Source: Chiloscyllium plagiosum
Taxonomy: Eukaryota
Direction: 5' to 3'
NCBI RefSeq assembly: GCF_004010195.1
Contig: NC_057720.1
Coordinates: forward strand, 4,449,800 to 4,472,192
DNA: 22,393 bases
Positions 1 to 9,442 of this stretch are shown here, one piece after another. The notes below the pieces were generated by a model. It worked only from the letters and a program-made list of their open reading frames with translations. It searched no databases and was not told where the DNA came from. Position 1 is the stretch's first letter; every line of letters starts with the position of its first letter. The translations under genes and the position numbers were made by a program.

Positions 1-104
1 GGATTTATATTAGTGCAAATCATACCATCAAGGGAAAGTAAGAAATGAGAGCATATCCAGCATGTAAATACCATGGTTATGGCAGAAACATTAATTTTAA
101 AGAA

Positions 105-310
105 TCTAGTGAAGGTGTAGAATTCTTTACTGCAGAGGGCTATTGAGGTTGGCTCATTAATGTCAATGCAAGGCTGAGATCAGTAAGGGAATCAAGGGAA
201 AAGGCAAGAAAGTAGAGTTAAAGATTATCAGATCAGCCAGGATCTCACTAAATGACGGAGCAGAGTTGATGGGACATTCACCAACCCTTCCTGCCCTTTA
301 TCCTTCTGAT
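105..310 (+). mobile_element. CR1 LINE 3' end fragment
   Basis: Degenerate CR1 3' terminus (AAGGGAATCAAGGG...AGATCAGCCAGGATCTCAC...GGAGCAGAGTTGATGGG), similar to 14750-14870. Confidence 0.7.
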
Positions 311-477
311 ACACTCACTGGGGACACCTCAGCATCTCTCCTGATCCTCCATCACAAATAATTATTCTTCCATCCACTTCGATCATACTCAATCTCTCAC
401 TTTGGCTCATGGCAGGAAATATTGGCTCATGTCCTGAACTGAAGTCTCTGCAGACCCAGTCTGATGTATCTGTAATC

Positions 478-535
478 CTGGACTGCATTGCACTTGGCCC
501 CACTGGACTGCGTTGCACTTGGCTCCACTGGACTG
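478..535. repeat. 25-bp tandem repeat, about 2.3 copies
   Basis: CTGGACTGCATTGCACTTGGCCCCA / CTGGACTGCGTTGCACTTGGCTCCA / CTGGACTG. Confidence 0.92.
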
Positions 536-676
536 ACTGTGGCCCAAAACCCAGAAGTCAAAGACATGGATGTCTGGACTCTCATGCAACAAATTGCCTG
601 ACCACAGCCAACCCCATGGACTGCAATGGAAAGAGCCCTTTGAATGTCTGTAGCAGTAGACACTGATTGACTGCAG

Positions 677-1242
677 GAGAAAGTGAGGGCTGCAGATGTT
701 GGAGATCAGAGCTGAAAATGTGTTGCTGGAAAAGCACAGCAGGTCAGGCAGCATCCAAGGAACAGGAGAATCGACGTTTCCGGCATAAACCCTTCTTCAG
801 GAATGAGGAAACTGGAGAAATCTGAGTTCATCCCTTGTGGTGCAACACGACGGTTGGAGGAAGAGCGCCTCATCTTCTGTCTGGGAACCCTCTAATCACA
901 AGGGATGAACTCAGATTTCTCCAGTTTCCTCATTTCCCCTCCCCCCACCTTGTCTCAGTCAAATCCCTCGAACTCAGCACCGTCTTCCTAACCTGCAATC
1001 TTCTTCTTGACCTCTCCGCCTCCACCCCACTCCAGCCTATCACCCTCACCTTGACCCCCCTCCACCTATTGCATTCCCAACGCCCCTCCCCCAAGTCCCT
1101 CCTCCCTACCTTTTATCTTAGCCTGCTGGACACACTTTCCTCATTCCTGAAGAAGGGATTATGCCCAAAACGTCAATTCTCCTGTTCCTTGGATGCTGCC
1201 TGACCTGCTGCGCTTTTCCAGCAACACATTTTCAGCTCTGAT
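677..1242 (+). mobile_element. Penelope-like element, 5'-truncated, with inverted pseudo-LTR and 14-bp TSD
   Basis: About 705-811 is the reverse complement of 1136-1242. 845-930 translates TRRLEEERLIFCLGTL*SQGMNSDFSSF, like the C-terminus of the PLE GIY-YIG domain. CTGATTGACTGCAG is duplicated at 663-676 and 1238-1251. Confidence 0.85.
771..804 (-). ncRNA. Minimal hammerhead ribozyme motif in PLE pseudo-LTR
   Basis: Minus strand reads CUGAAGA-A-GGG-uuuaug-CCG-GAAA-C-GUC. Core intact; stems I and II weak. Confidence 0.55.
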
Positions 1243-1399
1243 TGACTGCAGTCCCTTAACTTTTGCACATGATCATTTACTTGGAGCACATGCCTTGTGT
1301 TTGCCACATAAACTGCTGGCACATACTATCCTCATTACTCAATCCATCCTCATTACTGAAGTTTCTCATTCCTGAAACCATTCTTGTAAAAAGCTTTTC

Positions 1400-1725
1400 T
1401 CCAATGAGTTCACATCTTTCTGATAATGTGTTGCACAGAACTGTACACAATAGTCCAGGTGAGGTCTGGCAAGCTCCTGATACAAGTTCAATATCCCCTT
1501 CTTGCTCTTGTATTTAATGTCCCTATTACTAAAGCTGCTTTGCTTATGCTTTCCATATTTTCAATGATCTGTGCATGTATACATCCAGGTCCTTTTGCTG
1601 TTACACCCACTTTAAAATTGTTCCCTTCTATTTTGTATTGTCTTTCAATGTTCTTTTCACCAAAGTGTACCACCTCATACTTTTCTTCATTGATGTCATC
1701 TGCCACCTAACCACCCAATCCACCT
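1400..1725 (-). mobile_element. Degenerate CR1 ORF2 fragment
   Basis: Minus-strand translation EKYEVVHFGEKNIERQYKIEG and RWQM resembles the CR1 RT C-terminal region (WQMxFNxxKCEVxHFG). Confidence 0.75.
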
Positions 1726-1910
1726 CGATATGGAAACATACTGTCATTCTTTCATTCCTGATGGATAAAATCCTTGAACTTCCTTCCTCGTACCAGACAT
1801 AACATAAGACCATGGACAGCAGTGTCTCAGAAACATAGGTGGCCAGCACCATTTCAAAGGCAGTCAGGGAATGGAGATAAATAGTATCCTTGCCAGAGAT
1901 ATCACCATCA
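1720..1910 (+). mobile_element. Degenerate 3' fragment of the RTE-X-like LINE family
   Basis: Similar to 10850-11030 (AAAATCCTTGAACTTCCTTCC...CACCATTTCAAAGGCAGTCAGGGAATGG...ATAAAT). Confidence 0.45.
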
Positions 1911-2067
1911 AAGGAAGGAAGGAAGGAAAGAAATAAAAACTTATTTAAAATGGTATCAGGTGATCACAGTTTCCGGTTTACATCGAGTACAGCTACTTCA
2001 TGTGTTTCCATTGTGCAGAGTGAGATCTCTGCTGTACAACATACCAACTCACTCATTTTACATTACT

Positions 2068-2200
2068 TAACCTACAGCACCATGGACTGCAGTGGTTCAA
2101 GAACACAGCTCACCACTACCTTCTCAAGGGCAGCTAGGTACGGGCAATAAATACTGGCCCAACCAACGATGACTGTGTTAAACAAGTGAATTAAAAACAA
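2068..2200 (+). mobile_element. 3' end of a non-LTR retrotransposon (RTE-X-like family, clade tentative)
   Basis: GGACTGCAGTGGTTCAAGAACACAGCTCACCACTACCTTCTCAAGGGC...AATAAATACTGGCCC matches 10940-11015 in this window. Confidence 0.7.
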
Positions 2201-2569
2201 AAGATTTTCTATTTAATTAGAGAAATGAATGGTTTCAATTCACACAGCGCCTGAAGCTTCCAAAGCACTTGGCCTTAATGTGGGATACTTGCTGAGAGGC
2301 AACACATTTGCCAGTCATAGGTAACAAAGTAACTGCATAGAGGCCGGTATCCTGTCACCAAGTCACTCATGCACAGTAACTGTGGCCAGCCAGCTCAGAG
2401 TCAGCCCCCCGAACTGAGGAGATTATAATCCCCCATTTTTAATGGAAATGTTAACAAAGAACATTCTACAGACAACATCTCAAACAGTAAATCCAACTCC
2501 AGAGTGCTGAAAACATGAATCTCCTGTTTTTTTTTACCAGCTGCACTATCCCCTAAGAGCTGTTGACAC

Positions 2570-2670
2570 AAGGAGGAACATTTTTACATTAAATGGTTCG
2601 GGTCTGGAATGCATTGCCTGAGAGCGTGGAGGAGACCAATTCAATTGAAGCTTTCAAGAGTGAATTGGAT
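2570..2670 (+). mobile_element. CR1 ORF2 C-terminal fragment
   Basis: Translates MVRVWNALPESVEETNSIEAFKSELD, the CR1 WNxLP...FKxxLD motif. Confidence 0.85.
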
Positions 2671-2729
2671 TTTTTTATCCATCCATATGATATGATAATC
2701 CCTGATTTGGGATTAGGGATGGATAAACC

Positions 2730-3124
2730 TACACCTCTAGTTTTGGACCCCCCTACTCTGGGAGGAAAGAGCTTGTCTATTCACCTTATCTATGCCCCTC
2801 GTGATTTTATAGAGACAAAAAAAACTTCAGTTGCTGGAATCCAAAGTAGACAGGCAGGAGACTGGAAGAAAACAGCAAGCCAGGCAGCATCAGGAGGTGG
2901 AAAAGTTGATGTTTCGGATGTAACCCTTCCTCAGGACTGAAGAAGGGTTACACCAAAACATCAACTTCTACACCTCATGATTTTATAAACATCAATAAGG
3001 TGTCCCCTCAGCCCCTAATGCTCCACGGAAGAAAGTCCTAGCCTATCCAGCCTCTCCTTATAACTCAAACCCTCCAGTCTCAGTAATATCCTTGCAAATC
3101 TTTTTTGCACCCTTTCCAGTTTAA
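2730..3124 (-). mobile_element. CR1 ORF2 fragment interrupted by a PLE mini-insertion
   Basis: Reverse-complement similarity to 7545-7750 on both sides of 2812-2972. Confidence 0.85.
2812..2976. mobile_element. Penelope-like mini-element (hairpin of pseudo-LTR ends) with 15-bp TSD
   Basis: Shares GCTGGAA...CAGC...CAGGCAGCATC...GTTTC...CCCTTC.TCAGG with 720-801. Arms 2894-2934 and 2937-2976 are inverted. CCTC(G/A)TGATTTTATA occurs at 2797-2811 and 2973-2987. Confidence 0.82.
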
Positions 3125-3126
3125 AA

Positions 3127-3430
3127 GGTAGCATGGTGGCTCAATGGTTAGCACTGTCGCCTCACAGTACCAGTGGACCCAGGTTTGATTCCAGCCTCAG
3201 CTGACTGTCTGTGTGGAGTTTGCACATTCTCCCCATTTCCTCCCACATTCCAAAGATGTGCAGTTAGATAGATTGGCCGTGGTAAATTGCCCCATTGTGT
3301 CCAGAGATGTGTAGGTTAGATTGATTAACCATGAGAAATACAGGAGGTGGGGGGTGAGTCTGAAATGTTATTCAGAGAGTTGGTGTGGACTTGTTGGACC
3401 AAGCAGCCTGTTTCCACACCTTAGGAATTT
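3127..3430 (+). mobile_element. tRNA-derived V-SINE (HE1-type)
   Basis: A box TGGCTCAATGG, B-box-like GGTTTGATTCC, V-domain GTGGAGTTTGCACATTCTCCCC with an internal deletion, and a CR1-like tail. Confidence 0.9.
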
Positions 3431-3674
3431 AATGAACATCTTTTCTATGGAAATACTCTGGTATTTTTCATTCAATCTCAGAGTTGCTACAGACTACACT
3501 CTTCTTGTTTTGTAGTGAAAACCTTCCTTTCATTTTTCATTTTACTGGCAGCATTTAATTTTCTCCCAGACACACAGACCTAAGAGGCGTTTTTGATTCC
3601 CTTCCCCCATTGGCCCATGTAGTTTTTGCACACAGCAATCCAGCCGTGACCTATTAAGACCTCTTTGAGTGTGT

Positions 3675-3687
3675 GGACATGATGACC
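3675..3687. promoter_or_regulatory. Imperfect estrogen response element (distal cluster)
   Basis: GGACA-tga-TGACC (one mismatch), flanked by TGACCT at 3647 and GGGTCA-ct-TGACTC at 3704-3717, in sequence I do not recognise as repeat. Confidence 0.5.
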
Positions 3688-3924
3688 AGCTCATGCACCA
3701 GTGGGGTCACTTGACTCCAGCTAACCTTCCATTTTAATTATTGTTAAAGTGTGAATCCTTATCACTTCTTTGTATCTCTGGTTTCGCTCCCTGAATCAAT
3801 AGTCAATGTTTTTGGAATCAACAGTTTTTCAAGTTCATTCGCACTTGCCTTCGTGCCAATTGGAATCTTTATTCTAGACCTTCCTGGTGCCCTTATGTCA
3901 TATAAACTTGTTTTTGCAATGTTA

Positions 3925-4868
3925 AGAACATAGAAATATAAAAAAAAGGAGCAGGAGTAAGCCTTTTGGCCCTTCAAGCCTGCTCCACCATTTAATTTGA
4001 TCATGGCTGATTTGATCATTGAACTCAACCCTCTGCTCTCACTTTCTCCCCATTGATCCCTTTATTACCAAGAACTATATCTAACTCCTTCTTGGAAACA
4101 TTCAATATTTTGGTCTCAACTACTTTGTCATGGCAGAGAATTCTGCCACCCAGGTTGATAGGGTTGTTAAGAAGCCATTTGGTGTGTTGGCACTTATTGG
4201 TAGGCCGATTGAGTTTCGGAGCCACGAGGTCATGCTTCAGCTGTACAAGACACTGGTAAGGCCACTCCTGGAGTATTGCGTGTAGTTCTGGTTACCGCAT
4301 TATAGGAAGGATGTGGAAGTTTTGGAAAGGGTTCAGAGGAGATTCACTAGGATGTTGCCTCGTATGGAAGGAAGGTCTTACGAGGGACGGCTGAGGGAAC
4401 TGGGGCTGTTTTCGTTGGAGAGAAGAAGGTTGAGAGGTGACTTAATTGAGACATATAAGATAATCAGAGGGTTAGGTCAGGTTGACAATGAGAGCCTTTT
4501 TCCTCAGATGTTGAAGGCTAACACAAGTGGACATAGCTTTAAATTGAGGGGTGATAGATTTAGGACATATTTCAAGGTAGTTTCTTCACTCAGAGAGTAG
4601 TAGGAGCGTGGAACGGCCTGCCTACAACAGTAGTAGACGTGCCAAAATTAAGGGCATTTAAATGGTCATTGGATAGTCATATGGATAAAAATAGGATGGT
4701 GTAGATAGATGGGCATCAGATTAATTTCACAGGATGGCGCAACATCGAGGACTGAGGGGCCTGTACTACGCTGTAACATTCTATGTTCTATGTTCTAATT
4801 CCACTCTCTGGGTGAAGAAATTTCTTCTCATCTCAGTCCTAAATGCCCTTTCCCATATCCTTAAATTT
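3925..4868 (-). mobile_element. CR1 3' end (3925-4145 and 4800-4868) split by a younger opposite-strand CR1
   Basis: GGAGCAGGAGTAAGCC...GCCTGCTCCACCATT...GCAGAGAATTC stops near 4145 and resumes as CCACTCTCTGGGTGAAGAAATTTC at 4801. Confidence 0.85.
4150..4797 (+). mobile_element. CR1 LINE, 5'-truncated
   Basis: LERVQRRFTRMLPRMEGRSYEGRLRELGLFSLERRRLRGDLIETYKIIRG; ends in TTCTATG repeats. Confidence 0.95.
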
Positions 4869-5204
4869 GCTCATTGTCTCTGTATCTGATGTCATCAATC
4901 ATCATTCTCTGTGACGATCATTTGTACTTTAAACGCACGTAGAATTAAAACTTGTAAGAGTGACAATCACACTTCCAATATTTTCTCTGACATAAAGGCT
5001 TGTTTCTCAGGCTATTCTCCAGACTTACCTGTAAGTATTTTAACGCTCATCTGGACAGTCTCTCACATTGACTGCTCCATTATGTTGACCTCATCCAACG
5101 CACTGCTGCCTGTATCATTACTCGCACAAAGTCCCATTCACCCATTACAGTTCAGCGGCATTTCCTGATGGAACATCAACATTTCAGCTTAAAACTCATG
5201 TCCT

Positions 5205-5405
5205 TATTTAATTCTTAAAAAGGTGGTGGAAGCAACTTTGCATATTTTTAATGCAGAGGAATGATTGACCAAGAGGGTGAAAGGTTATTGGAAATCAGCA
5301 AGGATGTGGAGTAACCATTTCAGCTGTGATCATGCTGAATGACAGAGCAGGTTTGAGGAGTAGGCTGAATGGCCTACCCTTCCTCCTAATTCCTATGTGT
5401 GTATG
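5205..5405 (+). mobile_element. CR1 3' end fragment
   Basis: CAGAGCAGGTTTGAGGAGTAGGCTGAATGGCCTACCCTTCCTCCTAATTCCTATG terminus. Confidence 0.75.
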
Positions 5406-5447
5406 CTTTCACATGCTTCGTTATGACTTTATCCCATCCCGGTTATA

Positions 5448-5765
5448 GGGCTGCCTGGTGGCTCAGTGGTTAGCACTGCTGCCTCACAGCTCAGGGACCT
5501 GGGTTTGATTCCAGCCTCGGGTGACTGCCTGTGTGGAATTTGCACATTCTCCCCGTGTCTGTGTGGGTTTTCTCTGAGTGCTCCGGTTTCCTCCTACAGT
5601 TCAAAGATGTGCAGGTTTGGATGCTAAAGCGTCCATAGTGTCTAAAGATGTGCAAGCTACGTGGATTAGCTGTGAGAAATACAGGGGTGGAGGGGTGGGT
5701 GTCCTTTGGAGGACTTGTGTGGATTCAACAGGCTGAATGGTTGCTTTCCCACTGTAGGGATTCTA
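5448..5765 (+). mobile_element. tRNA-derived V-SINE (HE1-type)
   Basis: GGTGGCTCAGTGGTTAGCACTGCTGCCTCACAGC head, complete V-domain, tail ending CTGTAGGGATTCTA. Confidence 0.93.
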
Positions 5766-6329
5766 GTTCAGTAACTGCCCCAGCACTATACCCATCTAAA
5801 ATCTCTGTGCTCTTCCAATTCTGTACATCCCTGATTTAGATCACTCCTCACTACTAGCCATGCATTCAATTCCAAGCTCAAGGATACCCTTCCAAACCTT
5901 TCCATCTCTGTGGTTCTTTGAGTGCCCTTAAAACATGACTCCGATATCCCATTCTAGGATTGAGTTGTGTGCATTGTCTCTGAATCACTTTGATTGTAAT
6001 TACACATTGTTTTCCAAAGAAGGTGACCACACAACTGTAGAGGTGATTTCAGAAAAACTCTGATTTTATGTTTTCTTCCTTTTGCAATAAACAATACTCC
6101 ACTGGCTTTCCAGCTCATTTGCTAATAGTACCTGCTCATTTCATGTGAATCATGTACTAGGCCATCCTTTATACACTAAATTCTGCAATCTCTCTCTGCT
6201 TAAATAGCATGCTGCTTATCCTTTCTTCTGCTAAAATCAACTGTAAATGCTCAAAACTGATGAAAGATACACTGCAGAGTTCTGGGCAGCTCCCATACAC
6301 CCTTCATTGATTCGTAAGGCACTTTATAA

Positions 6330-7506
6330 CCAAAGAAAGTTCCACATGGTAGACTCATTAGTAAAGTTATGTCACATTGGATTCAGGGTGAGCTTGCCAA
6401 TTGTCTACATAATTAGCTTAATGACTGGAGACAGGGAACAGTGGTGGAGGGTTGCTTTTTGGACTGGTGGCCTGTGATCAGCAATGTTCTGCAGTGATCC
6501 GTTCTGAATCCTGTTTTTTCTGTGATTTACATCAATGATTTGGATGAGAATATAGATGGCATAGTTAGTACGTTTGCAGATGACACCAAGCTTGTGGCAT
6601 TGCGGACAGTGAAGAAGGTTTTCTAAGATTACAAATGGATCTTGATCAAATGGATCAATGGGCTGAAAAATGGCAAATGGAGTCTAATCTGGATAAACAC
6701 AAGGTATTGCAGTTTGGCAAAACAAACAGGTGTAGGACTTATACAATAAATGGTAGGGGCCATGGGTAGTGTTGTATAATAAAGGGTCCTAGGGGTGCAG
6801 GTTCATAATTCTTTGAAGTTTGCCTCACATATTGACAAGGTGGTTAAAAAGGTCATTGGCACGCTTGCATTCATTGCTCAGACTCTGAACTCCAGCATCT
6901 GTAGTCCTCACTTTCTCGTAGGAGTTGGGAAGTCATGCTGAGGTTGTACAGGACATTACTGAGGCCTCTTCTGGAGAACTGTGTTCACTTCTGCTCTCCC
7001 AGTTATAGAAAGGATATTATTATCCTGGAGAGATTTCAGAAGAGATTTACCAGGATGTTGCCAGGTATGGAAGGTTTGAGTTATAAAGAAAGGCTGGCTA
7101 GGCTAGGATTTTTCGCTGGAGTGTAGGAGGTTGAGAAACGACCTAATAGAAGTTTAGAAACTAATCAGAGGTATAGATAGAGTTAATGGTAGCTGTCTTT
7201 TTCCGAGGATGGGTAATCTCAAGACTATGGGACACATTTTTAAGTTGCGAGGAGAAAGATTTGAAAAAGACATGAGGCGAAAATTTTTAACACAGAGGAT
7301 GGTTCCTGTGTGGAATGAACTTCCTAAGGAAATGACGTATGTGGGTACAATTACAATGTTTAAAAGATATTTGGATACATACATGAATAGGAAAGGTTAG
7401 GAGGGATATGAGCCAGGAGCAGGCAGGTGGGACTAGTCTGATTTAGGATTATGCTTGGCATGGACTGCTTGGACTAAGTGGTCTGTTTCTGTGCTGCATG
7501 ACTCTA
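6330..7506 (+). mobile_element. CR1 LINE, 5'-truncated, decayed RT region to 3' end
   Basis: TTTGCAGATGACACCAAG (FADDTK) near 6573; LRLYRTLLRPLLENCVHF; VWNELPKE; 3' end GTGCTGCATGACTCTA. Confidence 0.95.
6883..6917 (+). mobile_element. 35-bp PLE terminal tail inserted in CR1
   Basis: CTCTGAACTCCAGCATCTGTAGTCCTCACTTTCTC is a near reverse complement of 677-711. Confidence 0.8.
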
Positions 7507-8040
7507 CTCTGGTCTCCTTCCTCTCGGAAGGATGTTGAGAAACTTGAAAGGGTTCAGAAAAGATTTACAAGGATGTTGCCAAGGATGGAGGATTTGAGCT
7601 GCAGGGAGAGGCTGAATAGGTTGGGCCTGTTTTCCCTGAAGCATCAGAGGCTGAGGGGTGACCTCATAGAGGTTTACAAAATTATGAGAAGCATGGATAG
7701 GATAAATAGACAACGTCTTTTCCCTGGGGTGGAGGAGTCCAGAACTAGAGGGCATAGGTTTAGGGTGAGAGAGGAAAGATAAAAAAGAGACCTAAAAAGT
7801 AACTTTTTCATGCAGAGGGTGGTGTGTGTATGGAATGAGCTGCCAGAGGAAATGGTGGAGGCTGGTACAATTACGACATTTAAAAGGCATCTGGATGGGT
7901 ATTTGAATAGGAAGGGTTTAGAGGGATATGGGCCAAGTGCTGGCAAGTGGGACTAGATTAGGTTAGGATATCTGGTCGGCATGGAAGAGTTGGACCGAAG
8001 AGTCTGTTTTCATGCTGTACATCTCTATGAGTCTATAACT
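7507..8040 (+). mobile_element. CR1 LINE, 5'-truncated, head-to-tail after the previous copy
   Basis: WSPSSRKDVEKLERVQKRFTRMLP...RLRGDLIEVYKIMR; 3' end CTGTACATCTCTATGAGTCTATAACT. Confidence 0.95.
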
Positions 8041-8339
8041 GAAGGAGAAATGTTAGCCAGGACATTGAAGAGAAAGTTTTTCTTCAAAGTGGTGCTTTCA
8101 TCATTTAGAATAACAATGATAGATGATAACAATGATAGATAACAAAGATGGGTCTAGCTCTAATTTTCAAACTATTGCCCCCTGTCCTGAATTGATTCTA
8201 CTGGTGTTTATGCAGCTGTTTAGTGTCAGTCAGAACTATACAGAGGCATTTCTACCTCAGAGTGCACGACCCCAAAATGTCAGCTCGTGATTCCTCTTAT
8301 GATCCCAAAGCCCAGTTTCTAAAACAACTTGCATGGAGC

Positions 8340-8728
8340 AAAATCAGACAAGTTTATAATATTACGATGGGCATGAACAGGATAACTAGTAAGCAGCTGT
8401 TCCTCTTCATCGAAGGATCAATATGAAGGGGGAGTAACATTCTAGTGAAAAGCAGGAGGCTTGGAGGCTATTTGAGAAAAGCTTCTTTCACCCAGAGGCT
8501 GGTGGTGGTCTGGGATGCACTGCCTGGGAGGGTAGTTGGGGTGGGAAACCTCGCAACCTTTAAAATGTATTTGGAAGAGCACTTGAAGTAACCCTGCATC
8601 AACATATTATAACATTCAAGGTTACCAGCATAGTGGATGAAGGTGGGACTAGTGTAGATTTGGTGTAGCTTTGTCTGTACAGACCTGTTGAGCTGTAGGG
8701 CCTCTTCTGTATCATATGATTCTATGAA
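8340..8728 (+). mobile_element. Degenerate CR1 3' fragment
   Basis: TTTCACCCAGAGGCTGGTGGTGGTCTGGGATGCACTGCC...TTTAAAATGTATTTGGA; tail TATGATTCTATGA. Confidence 0.85.
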
Positions 8729-9103
8729 GTTGCTTGAATCCTCTGAAGTGCTCCTAAAGTACAATGGAAGCACTTAACAATGTGCTTGAATAATTAAAAT
8801 GCCTCATTTGTATAATGGCTTCATGAAAGATTCATGTAAGAGAACAGTCCAATGACATATTCTTTGGAAGATTAATTTATGACGAAGAGATTAAATCAAC
8901 TCATTGCTGAGTAAGAGTGTCACTATCTAAACGTTCATCATAAAACTTGACCAGATGGATAGTGAATATAATTGGAATTTAGAATCATGCTTTTCCGAAC
9001 ATGAAATTCTGCACAAAATCATTGTCTCCATTTTTCTCCAACTTGCAAGTATCCCTCTGGATATCTGACTGAGGTGGGACTGCTTCATTTTTTTTCTTAA
9101 AAG

Positions 9104-9116
9104 ATTCAATGTGACC
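9104..9116. promoter_or_regulatory. Weak ERE-like element
   Basis: ATTCA-atg-TGACC, two mismatches, 116 bp upstream of the proximal ERE. Confidence 0.35.
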
Positions 9117-9219
9117 CAAAGCAAATTTCAACAAAGTCAACAAAAAATTGACAGATGGAACAAAATGTGTGCCACATAGTCATTGTACCAATAAGTGCAC
9201 ATTTATCTTGTTCTCGCTG

Positions 9220-9232
9220 GGTCATCATAACC
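9220..9232. promoter_or_regulatory. Imperfect estrogen response element (proximal)
   Basis: gGGTCA-tca-TAACCt, one mismatch to GGTCAnnnTGACC, about 330 bp upstream of the predicted start of a classically estrogen-induced gene. Confidence 0.75.
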
Positions 9233-9442
9233 TGTACAATAGGATTACAGCCATGTCAAGCCACATCATCAATTTAACTTTATACATTTTACAAATATAT
9301 GTCTGGATAAATGAATAAAACTTGCCGATGGGCATTGCTTTTACAATGAGAATGAAATGCAGTCGTCCAAGTAGTGTTAGGATTTGGGGGACCTATTGCC
9401 TCTTTGAAATTAGTTAAAGGGAATAATGTTATTCCAAAGTCG

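Larger units (their letters stand above)
4960..5945 (+). mobile_element. Old L2-like LINE remnant interrupted by a CR1 tail and a SINE
   Basis: 5095-5150 reads like the L2 motif QxxAAxIITRTKSHSPIT; pyrimidine-rich L2-like 3' sequence at 5780-5945. Confidence 0.5.

Noticed and set aside
478..535. Repeat array resembling CRISPR
   Set aside because: Contiguous tandem units without spacers, in a vertebrate context.
407..1375. ORFs 407-754(-), 835-1203(+) and 1193-1375(+), two sharing the start MLPDLL
   Set aside because: The shared N-termini arise from the inverted PLE arms; these are not genes.
2340..2570. Possible LTR or other repeat fragment
   Set aside because: Looks repeat-like, but no second copy, clear termini or TSD can be shown in this window.
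3127..3200. tRNA-like sequences (also 5448-5520, 12944-13020, 14300-14385)
   Set aside because: They are SINE heads followed by SINE bodies and LINE-derived tails; no full cloverleaf.
8041..8150. Possible Deu-SINE remnant and short ATAACAATGATAG duplication
   Set aside because: Too short and degenerate to assign; the duplication is simple slippage.
4313..8773. Multiple 60-100 aa ORFs
   Set aside because: Fragments or antisense frames of decayed CR1 ORF2.
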